Assembly: GCA_025603075.1 (NCBI GenBank) | Contig: MU626306.1 | Location: 57,929-121,928, forward strand | Length of the DNA: 64,000 nucleotides | Origin: Neoconidiobolus thromboides FSU 785 | Lineage: Eukaryota; Fungi; Entomophthoromycota | Direction of reading: 5' to 3' | Shown: positions 41,030 through 54,014 of the stretch, in pieces | Layout of the letters: the number at the start of each line of letters is the position of its first letter | Numbering within the stretch: position 1 is the first letter of the stretch | Position numbers and translations under genes: made by a program | The notes under the pieces: model-generated | Seen by the model: the letters and a program-made list of their open reading frames with translations, nothing else | The model's database searches: none | What the model was told of the DNA's origin: nothing

Positions 41030-43222
41030 CTAACTATCCTCTCTAATGGATCTTAGATAGCCAATATCCTCTTCATCAAAATTGTCATCATCTACAAATG
41101 AATCAATATTATTATAAACATTAGGTGAATTAGGTCGATCATTAGAAATAGTAGCAAATTTCCATGATGAAAAAAAACGTCGAATTTTTTGAGATGTAGA
41201 TAATTTTATATTATTTCTAACTATTGAATCTTCTTCATCAGAATCATAATATAGTGAACTATTATTATTTGAAGTAACTTCAACTGCCATAGATCTCGAT
41301 GGCGAGTTACGATTATAGTTAGAATTATTTCTTGAACTAAATATATCCACTTCATTTCTTTCAAAATTGGTAATATTTGATTGAATTCTACGTTCTTCTC
41401 TTATTCTTTCATTTTTTAATATTTCCCTACCTTCCCTTAATCTTTCAATTGAGTTTTGATCCTCCAATAATAAATTATCAATTGAAAAATAATTAAATAA
41501 TTTTTTGTGCCACTGAAAGATGGAAAATAATACTGGAATTAAGATTAATAATGGAAAATAATTACTAAATTTACCCAAAAATGGTACTAAATCAATTACC
41601 CCCATCAATTGATAAAACACTGAGTTTTCAACCGATGCTGATCCTGCTAACATTAAAAAGTTATAATATAATGGCATTGCTAATTTACATAAATATTCAC
41701 CACTTAATAGTAATGATATAGAATCCGTATGTTGATTAGGTACTAATACATAATAATTAAATATTTTGACTTGAAATAAAGAAGAATAAGCACAATAAGA
41801 CATAAATAATATTAAAATGGCAGATATAAGTTGTAATAAAGAATAAGCCCCTTGTAATTGATTAAAAAATAGAGCTATTATAGATAATGTAACATTGGGT
41901 ATTTTAAATGTTAATTCTGACCAAAGTATAATGACAGATAATATTAAAAACAAGAAACTACTCAATTTCAAATAATTTGGTTCAATTAACACATAATAAT
42001 ACCATAATATTGTTATCTTCAAATCATCCCATTTACTACCATTTAATATCATCAATTCTGATGTTAATTTTTTATCACTATTTTTACTACAATTTATAAT
42101 ATCTTGAATTAAGAACGCTTCTTTTAATACTTGTTCCCATATTGCTTGATTTCTTTCTTTTAATTTTAAGTTTCTTTTTAATTTTAAATGAATTTGATCT
42201 AAATATTCTTCTGTTATAATATCAGGTATTACTTCGTTATTATTATTATTATTTCTTGTTGTTGTTAACTCATATAAATAAGCCAAATCCAAATTAAATT
42301 CTTTTAATATTAAATGAAATTCATTTTGTATACTTTGATTTGTTTGCTGATTTATTTTATTTGATATTAGTTGTATAATACTTAATATTTGTTTTAATTC
42401 ATATTCACTATCATTTAATTTTTCTTTTAATATTGGTGCTTGAATTTCCATTTTTTTTAATCTTTCCGTTGGACTTGAATATATCCAAAATTGTCTAGGT
42501 ACATCTATTAATCCATATCCCATAAAACATATTATTAATAATAATCCATAACAATTTGATATCGCTATTAAATAACTTTTGGTTGCTTGACTTTAATAAA
42601 ACATTATATATTATTTAAGTTAATAAAATAAAAAGACTTACAAGCTATTTAGTTGATTTTTGATAACTATATAAACTACTGCTACTATACCAATACCACC
42701 AACAATAGATAAATAAACTAACTGTCTTAAAATAGCCTTTCTTAGTTTACGTTTCCAATTAAATCCACCTAAATCTAAATATCTTTCCATTATTGGTATA
42801 ATTATCCTAAATAAAAAAGAAAATTTGATTTATAACTCTGTATAATACTATTCATCATAAAAAATTACCAATTTAATACAAATGAAGTCCAATAAACAAT
42901 CCTCCAAATAATATATAACACTTTATTATCAATATATAATACTGGTTCAACACACAATCTTAAATCTGAAGTTTCTTTTAAACATAAATCATATTTTGTC
43001 TAATATTAAATTAATGATCAAAATTTAAAAAATAATACTTTTGCTTACCGATAATAGATCAATAGGTAACAAGAAGAAAGCAGAGAAAGGGAATGACCAA
43101 GCTAGAGTAACAATCAATAAAATAAAATTAAAGTTTTTAAACGAAGTATATCGATTTAATATTAATATCACTATCCCAATAGTTAATAAAAACAATAAAG
43201 CTAATAAAAAGTAACTGAGCAT
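41030..43222 (-). CDS. LMBR1-domain multi-pass membrane protein (LMBRD2-like), multi-exon
   Basis: LPIDLLS after N-terminal TMs, MGYGLIDVPRQFW, YLCKLAMPLYYNFL, several TM segments. Confidence 0.85.
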
Positions 43223-43760
43223 ATCTTTCTCACTCTTATTGAGGTAAATAGATTAGTTATTAGTAGGCTCTAGATGATATCGTTGAGTTTGGGTTAATGA
43301 ATAAAAATATAAAACTTAGTTTATGCTATTTTTATTAAATTTCTTGGTATTAAGAACTGTTCATTTTTTATTGGCTAAAATTCAAACTTCATTGATTTTA
43401 TGCTTAGAGAAAAATTCAATCATCAAAATTCAGACTTGAATTTTAACTCAAAAATTCCAATTGCAGTCCTAAAAAGTATCTAAACATAATTCATCGAATT
43501 TTTAACACATTTTTTTCAATAAAAAAAATGTAATTCATAGTTCACTGAGTTTGATCTTTTAATGATTCAAGTTCATAAAGTTAGGCTTTTTACCCGATAC
43601 CCCCAACTTGTTGATTTTTAGACTATTTATTGCATCTATTATAGTATAAAAGTCCAACGACGAAATCTTAGATTCTTCCATTAATTGAACTATATAAAAG
43701 TTGTTGACACCTCACTGTTGGTTTAATCTCATCTAACTTAATATTGTTAACAAAACTAAA

Positions 43761-43866
43761 ATATGGGGATGTGTTTTTTTTGTTCAAGAATTTTACTGAC
43801 AACCTTTCCGCTCAAATAACGCTTAAAAAATGGAAAAAGTAATGAAACCAAAAAACATACTCATAT
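43761..43866 (+). mobile_element. MITE-like repeat, copy i
   Basis: ATATGGGGATGT..CTCATAT. Confidence 0.88.
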
Positions 43867-44112
43867 GCTGATTTTAAATAGTTTTATTAGTTATATTCAA
43901 TTATTATTAACTAATAAAATGGACTGTATAGATTTAACTGCTATATTTTGACTGTCAAAATGTTAATATAGCAGCATATCTATTGAGTTGTTCTAAATAA
44001 AATATTTAAATTCAATAAAATACTCAACATGAAATTAATATTCATTAATAAATAGATACTCTAAATAAAGTATTAGTTTGAATAAAATATAAATTAAATT
44101 AATAGTACAAAT

Positions 44113-44219
44113 ATATGGGGATGTTTTTTTTGGCTTCATTATTTTTTCCATCTTTTAAGCGCTATTTGAGTGAAAAAATTGTTAGTAAAATTGTTAAGTA
44201 CAAAAATACATCCCCATAT
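44113..44219 (-). mobile_element. MITE-like repeat, copy j
   Basis: ATATGGGGATG..CATCCCCATAT, reverse orientation. Confidence 0.9.
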
Positions 44220-44603
44220 ATACAATAATTAAATTATTTAAACTATAGATATTAACTATTAATCATTAAAGCAATCGATGGATTGGCAATTGAAATTTTA
44301 TTTAAAATTATAATGAACATTAAGACATTGTTGGGAAATACATGTTTTAAATTAAGGTAGATGTAAATTTCTGTCATACAATAGATTTCAACTAATAAAA
44401 TTAACCTCAAAAAGTCATCAAATTAATTTCATTAGCTGAAGCCCTTTTGGCATGGCTTAAGTTAAAATTTGGTAAACATAAAAATCACTCAACAACAATG
44501 TATTAAAAAGTTAAGATTTTGAATTCAAATTTAAATCTAAAAAATTAATCAAAACAAAAAGAAACTCATTTATATAATAATATATAATAAGTATTCGTTT
44601 TAT

Positions 44604-45977
44604 TTAGCTTTCGCTATCAACAATTTTTACCACAACACCCACCGCTATAGTTGAAGAAGCATTTCTTAATGCAATTCTACCTAACGAAGGGACCAAATAA
44701 AAACAATCAATAGCAATAGGTTCTTTAAATGTTAGCTCTACCAATGCATTATCACCAGGTAATAATTCATCTACTTCTTTGATGTCGCTTTGATCATTGA
44801 TTTTTTTAATCAATCTAGCAAAAACACAAGAATTAGAATGTAAATTATGACTATCGATCATGACCTCAAATCCCTCCTTGATACCTTCATTATCTTTTTT
44901 ATTAAAATAAGATAGTACTGTGATATAAGCTAATAGTGAATGCACAGGTAGACATGGATTTTTATCGGGATGACTCAACAAATGGCCACGTCGAATACTT
45001 CTATGATTGATATCTGTTAACTTAAAAGTAACCTTGTTATCTTGTGATACACTGTTTACTCTTTGATTATTAAATTCAATAAAATCTACTTTGCTTTTTG
45101 TATTATTGGGAGATATAATAACAGTATCTCCACAAGTTAAAATTCCACTTTCAATTTTACCTATACATAGTATCTCACTAGACGATAACTGAATGGTATC
45201 TTGGATCGATATTCTTAATAAATCTTCGTTTGGTTGTTGATTATTGACTTTGATTTCATTCAATAGTTCAATTAAAATTTTATCATTATACCAAGTTAAG
45301 TTAGTAGATGCTTGGATCACGTTCTCTCCATTATAACTACAGACAGGTATAAAATAAATAGTAGTATGGCTCTTTAAATAAGGAATACTATCAATGACTT
45401 TATTGATACTATCTACTAATTCATTGTATATTTTTTGATCGTAGTGAATCAGATCCATTTTATTAGTAATAAAAATAAGCTCCTTAACCCTCATATTTTT
45501 AATAAAAGTCAAATGTTTTTTCAGGTGTTGTTGACGAGCTTCTTGGTTATCAACACTAGAAATAACAAATAAAGCAACATCTACCTTAGAGATTCCAGTA
45601 ATCATATTTTTAATAAAATTTGGATTTGCAGAGATATCCGATATATTAATCACTTTAGTTTCACTTTCAATGGAATATAATTTATGACTGTTTGGTCGGC
45701 TGTTATTATTGTTGCTATTAAAGTTAATGTTAACTGTACTTTGATCATAGCTACTATTGATACTATTGATATTATCTTTGAGCCCTTGTTTGAATAAGGA
45801 ATTGTATTTATCTAAACTATTTTTACCTTGATTAAGAGATAGATGCTCCAATTGATATTCTTGTAGAGAAATAGGATCCCTTTTATTATAAAAATAAATT
45901 AATTGTGCCAATACATTACATTTACCACTCAACTCATCTCCTACAATTATCATATTCATTGCTTCTTTATTATTCAT
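44604..45977 (-). CDS. Highly divergent eEF1A-like protein with degenerate G motifs
   Basis: Intronless 457 aa; FIKNMITG, NKMD, YNGEN..NLTWY, LGRIALRN..AVGVV; G1 reads GDELSGKCN and G3 reads DISA. Confidence 0.8.
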   Translation of the reverse strand: MNNKEAMNMIIVGDELSGKCNVLAQLIYFYNKRDPISLQEYQLEHLSLNQGKNSLDKYNSLFKQGLKDNINSINSSYDQSTVNINFNSNNNNSRPNSHKLYSIESETKVINISDISANPNFIKNMITGISKVDVALFVISSVDNQEARQQHLKKHLTFIKNMRVKELIFITNKMDLIHYDQKIYNELVDSINKVIDSIPYLKSHTTIYFIPVCSYNGENVIQASTNLTWYNDKILIELLNEIKVNNQQPNEDLLRISIQDTIQLSSSEILCIGKIESGILTCGDTVIISPNNTKSKVDFIEFNNQRVNSVSQDNKVTFKLTDINHRSIRRGHLLSHPDKNPCLPVHSLLAYITVLSYFNKKDNEGIKEGFEVMIDSHNLHSNSCVFARLIKKINDQSDIKEVDELLPGDNALVELTFKEPIAIDCFYLVPSLGRIALRNASSTIAVGVVVKIVDSES

Positions 45978-46150
45978 ATTGGACTAATTTTTAACTAAAT
46001 TTTACTAAAACTATTAAATTGTTTGGAATGTGACGTTTGATTTCATTCTTTAAATTCCAACCAATAAAAGTGAACTACTAATTCTATTATTTGCTTTTGT
46101 AACAAAATAAAATCGAATGATAAAAATAAAATAATTTACTAAAACTTGAT

Positions 46151-47555
46151 TTATTTGAGCTTCAATAGCCAATAAGAGCCTTGTACTAAAAGTAAGATCA
46201 GAGGTTGCCAAACGATGAGGTACCTTACATAATCCAACAAATTTAAAAAGTACATCTGTTGCGTATCCCATGGATTATTTTTAAACTTACTCAAGTCCAC
46301 TTTTTCAAGGCAATAAGGGCAGATTTCTTTCTTCCCAATGATACACCATCCACGTATACATTTTTCGTGGAATTCGTGATCGCATTCTAGCTTGTATATG
46401 TTATCTTGTAGTACAATTTTATTATCATTTGTATTATCATTGTTGTATAATTCATTTTCTTTTCCAATCTCTCTTAAATACCATCCACAAATACCACACT
46501 TATTTGTTTCTATCTGTTTACTTGGTATACCATCTTTGACATAATACTATTTATACATATTAATACCAATATTCTTAACGTTGATATAATAGAACTTACC
46601 CCCAAAGCAGAAGCCATTCTATCTGAGCACAGCTCTGCAAAATCTCTTGACAGAATACTAATAATTCAATAAATACTAACAACATATAACTATAAAAATA
46701 ATTACCCAAAATATAAGCCATAGCATAACAGTTTAAAAGGCAATGAAATCATAAATTCACTAGTTTCATTAGGTTGTTCTGGTGGTGGTATCATAAATAA
46801 AGTGATCATTAACCCAATATATCCTACCATGCCTACAACATATGAAATGTTATGGGTAACTTCAAACCATTTGTAAACCAAACTATAAATGGAGAATGAT
46901 TAAGAATTATAACATTGGGAATAATAACTTACCGAGGAGTCAGGTGGTTCAATGGGGTTTTCGATGCTTGGTAAATGACTAAAATAAAACATCAATCTAT
47001 AACTACTAGTGAAATTTCTATTTTTGACTTACTCCAAGAGTTTAAAATCGAAAAAAAGCACCAAAAATAAGTAAATGTTGGAACTGGTGTGATAAAATAA
47101 AAGAACAAAATAGGAATTAACCTTAAAGAAAAGGAATATGTTAGATTGCTATTGTTAATATCCTTTTATATTTAAACGGTTTACCATAATCCTACTAAAG
47201 ACACAAGTTGATATGATTTATATGCTTTCTTTTTCCAATATAAAACTAACCATTGGATAAAAATAACAAAGAATAGTAGTATTATTAACATTAAGAAATG
47301 CATGTTTTCATGACCTAAAAAACCATCAGTTAGTTGATTACTCTAAAACTGTTCTTTTTTTCTTATTACCCTTATGCACTTTTTGATATTCTTGTTCCTG
47401 TTTTTGCCTATTTATAATTAATTTTATGACTTAAATTTATAAATCTTTTACATCTCCTTCATTCTGATTTCATAATCATTTAACTCGTGACTTAGCTAGT
47501 AAACTAATATTTATTCATTATCGTAAACTTTGATTAATTCCTTTACCTCCACCAT
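46151..47555 (-). CDS. RNF121/RNF175-like transmembrane RING-H2 E3 ligase, multi-exon
   Basis: HKGHENMH.., YKWFEV, GVLGRDFAELCSD, CGICG..CDHEFHEKCIRGWCIIGKKEICPYCLEKVDL..NPWD. Confidence 0.9.
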
Positions 47556-47673
47556 TTTTAAAAAAATTAAAAATTAAATTAATAAAGAGATAAAAATCGA
47601 AGCTTAAAGTAGTGAGACAAGATAAACCAAATTTACTATTTATTTTTAGTATTACCAAATATAGTAATTATAT

Positions 47674-49324
47674 TTAATCAAAAACATAGGGGGATCCAGT
47701 AGAAGGGGAATTATTAAGTTGGATCCTTTTATTTGGTATCCTTCGAGTTGTGTCTCTCCGTCTACGTATGTTTCTATTTGAATTATTAGTTAACTTTTAT
47801 TATTATTTATTATAAACTCTTACTTTGATTTAACCTCTTCCAAGCCCAATTGTTTTTCCATTAAATTAGGTAATAATTTAATAAGCTTAGGTAGCGTTGG
47901 ATTCAATTGTATCGAATCTTTAAATAAATTATTTTTATCATTCTTAACATTAATATTCATAACATTATCAATACTCTCATTCTTATTATTGGTATTCTCT
48001 TTAAGCTTTTCAATCGTTTGTATATAACTATTCGTTGATAAAGCTGCTTGAAGTAGATTGTCCATTTCATTCCGATACCCTTCTTTTTTACTTTTTCTCT
48101 CTAGATATGTGATTGCTTCTACTTTTTGTTCCATAAATTGAAATAGTTGTTCACGGATACTATGTGCTATCATGACCTTGAATTCCCCACCAATGCCTAA
48201 ATCGGCTGCTAGTATGTCTGCAAAATTTTCTGGACTTATTTCAGAATCTAAATTCCAATTAAATTCATCTTGATAATGGTAATTGCCTATCATTAAATCT
48301 AACTGTATAATAGAGTAGATTTTAATATATTAAAATAAATTTAAATTTAAACTTACTTTAATTAAAAGAATAATATCGATTTCATTTTCATATTCCAAAA
48401 ATAAAGTTTGATTTTTTTGAATTTCATTCATAATAAAATCATATTTTTCAACCTGACTTTTGATATTATTTTCTATAATGTTTATTAAATTTGAGTTTTC
48501 TAAGTTTAAGTCAATACATAAGATTTCAGCAAATTTTAATGCCGTGATTTGAGTTTCTATTACTTTTTAGTACTAATAAATAAAATCTAAATTAGTAAAA
48601 AGCTACCATTTTCATTCCATAAAAATACATCCTTTAGAAAATAATCTCCCAAATCCAAATCAATGCGTATGGGTATTAAACTATCACACATCCTCTCATC
48701 ACCATCTAAATCCTCTCCAACTTTTTCCTTTTTTAGCTTCAAGATTCTAAAAATTAAATTAGTAACTTGATATTCTATTTTAGTCTCCACAATTACCTAG
48801 AACACATTTTATTTTTACTAATTGTCCTGCTTTTATCCATCATGTCCTTAACCTGATCCGGGAAATATGAATACTCTTGAAGCATTCTTTGATATGTAGT
48901 AGACAAAGGTACTAGTAGTGAAGTATCTCCCTGCTTTAATCTTACTTCATAGCTACTTCTACTCCCAAATGATACTTCCCTTTCCATTCTAGGTAAACTC
49001 AAATCTGTATTAATTATTGCTTCACTTCGGGTTCTAAGGCTATTTTGTTAGCTAAACTTTTATATTATGTTTTATGGCCTACCTAATGTTACTTATAGGT
49101 GGGGTACTTATATTATTATTTAAACTCCAAATATTCGTATTTCCCTATTAAAGATTGATCTCTTTTAGTTATATTTCGCTATTCTATGATAGATAAAATC
49201 TTACCTTATTAAAATTGGGGTTCAGTGGGGACCCTTGGTAAGCATCTGATTCATTGTTATTGTTCAAGGCACTGTTAACTCGACGGTAGCGCTTCCGGCT
49301 CTCTAAGGAAAACACGCCTTGCAT
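47674..49324 (-). CDS. SNF5-domain chromatin remodeller subunit (Sfh1-like), multi-exon
   Basis: Two SNF5 repeats (LIPIRIDLD..DVFLWN; ..QDEFNWNL..PENFADILAADLG..IAHSIREQL); N-terminal SYEVRLKQGDTSLLVP resembles Sfh1. Confidence 0.82.
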
Positions 49325-51234
49325 TTTTTGTGGTTTTTATTTAATAAAAATACAAATGGAGTAGAATTTGAATGAAAGATTTTAAAATTCAAATTAGGAA
49401 TTTTTATTGGCTCATAGGAACGATGGAGTTAGATAAGCCAATCAAAGCGAAAGTTGATTTATACTAGGAGTTATGCTTTTTTAGTGGGAATTTACTATAC
49501 ATAGCAAATATTATTATTATATTATTAACTATTTAATAAATAAGTTTTATATGAAAAGGATAGATATTTTCTACTAGATTTTAGAGTTTAAGAAAAAAAA
49601 CATACTTGGGATTTCAACTATGTACTTCATTAAAGAGCTTGCTTCTCTATTGATAGTTTTGGTTAATGATTAATATTTAAAGTTATTTACCATCTTTTCT
49701 ATTTTAATATTTAGCAAAGTGAAAAGATTTTAGAAACATTTTTTAATGAATTCTAATGGTTGTGACTATTAATCATAACTTCTTGATGATGTACAAAAAT
49801 TAGTATTTTCAATATTGATAGTTCATATAATTTTAATGATTATGATTAAGCTAAAAATTCAGGGATAAAGTTAAATAGTTTGTTTTTAGTTTTGGGTAAG
49901 AACTGAATTTCTAATAATACCTTAAGTTAGACTAAAAAATCTTTATCTTTCTAATAAAATAAACAGCATTGAAGTTTTGGCTTTTATAACTTGTTTTAAA
50001 TTTTCTTTTCTGCTTTTAAGTTATGATAGCTATAACTTTACAGTACAAAGCATTTTATGAATTATGACTTCAAGTATCTCTAATACATAAGTCGGATTTT
50101 ACATTCAGAACTATGGTTTGTGTTATAGTTTATTAATATTATAAAGATTCCTATCAAACAAAACAGTTTATAATTGTAATTTGTATTTTTTTCTCCATTT
50201 TTTGTCATCATCTTTATTCAAAAGTAAATTACTCTTTGCAATCTTTCATCAATTTTTAAGAAGTTAGTTTTAAAGCTAATTGTGTTATTAAATAAATGTA
50301 AAAGGATATTAAAAAAGCAAAAGATATAGAAAGGGACTGAAGTGAATTCATATTAAGGCTTTGTAGTTTCGAATAATACAAATTTTGTTTTCTAATTATA
50401 GGAAGATATTAAAAGTTTCATTTTCTTACAGCATAATTAATTTGTTTGAAACTTAATAAAAACAAGAGCCATAAGGACCAAAAATTGCCTCGTTTTGTTG
50501 AAGATGACATAAAAATTGAATTATTGAAGCAGATTCCGATCATGAGCTTCCACACCCACTCATATAATTTTTTCAGCATAGACAAAAGCTAAAAATAAAA
50601 ACGAATTCAATGTTAAAAACAAACTTCTAAATGAAAAGTTTGATAAAATTTGAAAAGCCAAAGAATTCCAAGCTGGATGAAACTTAAAAATTAACTTAAA
50701 TTTTATTCTTTCTTAATAAGCCCTTTGAATGCTTGTTCAAGAATTAATATTTTACTTTAAAGGATTTATTAAAAGCCTATCTTTGATGTTATGAAAAGAT
50801 GTATTCTCAAGCCGAAGTTTTACTTTATGGACCTTACTTCCTTTAGTGAAATGTTATCTATAATCCTGGTTTTTAGTTAATAAAGTAATATATCCACTTT
50901 CATTTAAAATATTAAGATCTAATGGATAAAACCCGAAAAGTATGTATATTTTACTTTTTGCAACAAAACGGAGGCTTTGTTGTTGATAATATTTTATACT
51001 AGCATTAGTATATTTAATATGTAGTTTTTTCTACCTTGCTACGATTTTATCCTATTTAATAATAATGACAAACAATTCAAACAAGTACAACGAGACAATG
51101 GTTAATTAGGAACTGGTGAATCTCTTTATGTATTAAAAGAGGCTTTGTCAAAGTTGAATAATAAGTAGAATAGTAGAAGGGATAAGGGTATATAAACTAA
51201 AGAAAAATATCCATTTAAGATCATCAACAAGAAT

Positions 51235-51274
51235 CAAAACATCAAAACATCAAAACATTAAAACATTAAAACAT
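51235..51274 (+). repeat. (YAAAACAT)x5 tandem repeat directly before the ATG of Tyr-rich copy 1
   Basis: CAAAACAT x3 then TAAAACAT x2, then CAAA-ATG. Confidence 0.9.
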
Positions 51275-51278
51275 CAAA

Positions 51279-51614
51279 ATGAAATATTTATTTATCGCTA
51301 CTTCTTTATTATCTATTGTCACTGTCAATTCATTGCCAGCTGACACTGTTGCTACTAACACCAATACTGTTGCTCCTGCTGCTAATGGTGATTCGAAATC
51401 AGTAGAAGCTAAAGGATTTGATCCTTATGGTGGCTATGGTGGGTATCCTTACGGTGGATATCCTTACGGAGGTTATCCTAATGGTTACTACAACTACTAC
51501 CAACAGCCTTACCAATATCAAAGAAATCCAAGCATATTAGGATCTATCTTTGGTCAAAACGGATTAGTTAACTCCATTTTAGGTACTAATGGTGGTGTTG
51601 GTGGTATCTTATAA
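51279..51614 (+). CDS. Secreted Tyr/Gly/Pro-rich prepropeptide, copy 1
   Basis: Signal MKYLFIATSLLSIVTVNS, acidic pro-region ending SVEAK, GGYPY repeats; TATATAAA at 51189. Confidence 0.85.
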   Translation: MKYLFIATSLLSIVTVNSLPADTVATNTNTVAPAANGDSKSVEAKGFDPYGGYGGYPYGGYPYGGYPNGYYNYYQQPYQYQRNPSILGSIFGQNGLVNSILGTNGGVGGIL

Positions 51615-51971
51615 TAAACTTATTTATTTATAAACTATTTTTGATTTTAATTTTATCAACTTTTATCTTTATGATTTTTACATAACTTTTTCTAATCAAT
51701 TTTAATTAAATCTAATATTTGTAGGCATTTATTATCAAACTTTAAACTTGAAAAGTCATAGTTTGGTATTGGCAGTTTATTTAGTACTGCTATTACATTT
51801 AAAATGTATGAACTATTTTTTTAAGGATTTAATTAGTGATTTTTAAAAGTTAGAATTTCTCAAAGCAAATAATGTACTAAGATCAAAAAGAGGCTATCAG
51901 GTATTAATTTCTGGTCACACAAAACGTAGTTAGGACTACTTTTTGAACTACAACTGCTTTCAAATGACTGC

Positions 51972-52073
51972 TTGGAAGTGTTTTTTTTGGCTTCATTGCC
52001 TTTTCTATCTTTTAAGCGCTATTTGAGCAGAAAATTTGGTAGCAAAATTCTTAAACACAAAAATACATCCTCC
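51972..52073 (-). mobile_element. MITE-like repeat, copy k
   Basis: TTAAGCGCTATTTGAGC core. Confidence 0.85.
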
Positions 52074-52324
52074 ACTTTCTATCTCATTAGATAAAAACTT
52101 TATACAAACTTAAAAAGGTAGCGATTTCAAGCGATTCATTAACAAAACACGTTCAGAATGGAAACATTTATAGAGCAGAGCGAAAAGACAAAAAAGTAAT
52201 TCACTACCGTTTTTTATTTACTTCCTTTCTAGCTACAAGTTTGAAAGATTCGTTTTTACAAGCTATCCTTAGTCCAATTTAAGAGAGAATAAGGTGCTCC
52301 TGAAAACTCAGTATATAATCTAAA

Positions 52325-52432
52325 ATATGGAGATGCACTTTTTTGTTTGAGAATTTTACTGATAGCTTTTTCATTCAAATAGCGCTTAAAAGATGGAAAA
52401 GGTGATGATGATAAAAAAAGCATACTCTTATA
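52325..52432 (+). mobile_element. MITE-like repeat, copy l
   Basis: ATATGGAGATGC..AAATAGCGCTTAA. Confidence 0.8.
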
Positions 52433-53136
52433 TTGTTTTGAATGTCATTTATTACTAAAATTATTGTAAATAATCCTTCATATGAAGATTCTTTAAAAAG
52501 CATAATTAAATAGCTGTCATTATATACTGAATGTTTGATTTGAGATTTCAGATAATAACATTTATTATGATTTATGAAATAAAGAATATTGATAGCTCTG
52601 AAAAACAAAAACCCAAGCGCTGACTGAAATTTCTATTGATAAAAGAATTTAAAACTTCTTACAATATAATATAAAATTGGGACTTAAATTCATTTTTGAA
52701 AGTTAGTTCAATAAATGTAAATTTATTAAAAAAGGAAAGCTATGAATAAAAATAAAAGTTAGTTAGTTAAGTTTAAATATAAAAAAATGAGAATTGCTAT
52801 TAATTACTAATTTTAGGGATTATTAAAACAAAGACGTTGTACTATTTACTCTGATATTTAATTTTATTAACAAGGTTAATACCAGGTTTTGAAACCCTCA
52901 TATTGGGAGTTTAATGCTGGAATTTGGGTGGGGCTCTCAACAGCCAAATCGCTGCACTAGTTCAAAGTGTTATTTAGATTCTTTTAAAACGGCTCAAATG
53001 TAAATTTGGTAATTAGGAATGTACTTATACTATTTGATATAGCGTAAACAGTCTTATTTGAATTATTTGTTCCTAATTTAATTGTATTTTTGATTAATGT
53101 ATTTAAGCATCTACTTAATAAGATGTTACAACTAAC

Positions 53137-53232
53137 ATATAGGGATGTATTTTTGTTAATTTTACTAACAATTTTTCCGCTCAAATAGTGCTTAAAAATG
53201 GAAAAAGTAATGAAATCAAAAAAACATTCCCA
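53137..53232 (+). mobile_element. MITE-like repeat, copy m (small internal deletion)
   Basis: ATATAGGGATGT..CCGCTCAAATAGTGCTTAA..ACATTCCCA. Confidence 0.85.
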
Positions 53233-53687
53233 CTCGTCACTGAAATCTAGATTTCAAACAATAATTGCTTTCCAATCAAGCAATTATTTTGAAATCCAAC
53301 ATTTAAATAAAAAATAATATACTTACTTATAATAAATAATGATATAGTGATATAATAATATTAGTAATATTTATCAATAATTAATTTCAAATATTCATTC
53401 ATTTAAAAGTAAAGAGGCTTTATTACAATATAATTTTATTAATAGGTATTAAACATTCTTTTATCATCCAAATGCACTCTAACTTACTACTCTACTTTAT
53501 TTTTGTAATAAGAATAATGAATAGTTTGAATAAACATAAAGAACGAACAACTGTTTAACAATGAATTTATTCTTTGTAGTATTTAAATAGTTATTATTAT
53601 TAAACAGCAAGTGATAATAACAGCATAGTGAATGGGTATATATAGACTCATTGAAAACGGCATCAATATAAACAATAAGAATTAAAA

Positions 53688-54014
53688 ATGAAATATTTAT
53701 TCATTGCTACCTCCTTATTATCTGCTATCACTGTTAAGTCCATGCCTGCTGATACTGCTATCCTTGATAGAAATCAGCTAGCTGCTCCTAACACCAATCA
53801 ATTGGCTGCTCCTAACAACAGCCAATTCGCTGCTCCTGAAGGTGATCAGTCGGTTGCTCCTAATAGTAATGAGTCAGCCACTGCAGCTATTGGTGATTCA
53901 AAATCTGTAGACGCCAAACATTACTACCCTTATTATCCTTATTATCCTTATCCTTATAATAGTTACTATCCATACTATTATTATAAATACTATCAATACC
54001 CAACTTATTATTGA
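53688..54014 (+). CDS. Secreted Tyr/Pro-rich prepropeptide, copy 2
   Basis: Same signal; 8-aa NQLAAP-type repeats; SVDAK then a 31-aa tail with 19 Tyr; TATATA at 53637. Confidence 0.85.
   Translation: MKYLFIATSLLSAITVKSMPADTAILDRNQLAAPNTNQLAAPNNSQFAAPEGDQSVAPNSNESATAAIGDSKSVDAKHYYPYYPYYPYPYNSYYPYYYYKYYQYPTYY

Noticed and set aside
46050-46271. ORF-track 73-aa ORF
   Set aside because: Alternative frame overlapping the last exon of RNF121, which stops at 46151.
52375-53184. ORF-track ORFs 52375-52608 and 52984-53184 (also 11992-12186, 25136-25513)
   Set aside because: They run through MITE copies or low-complexity AT DNA and show no protein-like features.
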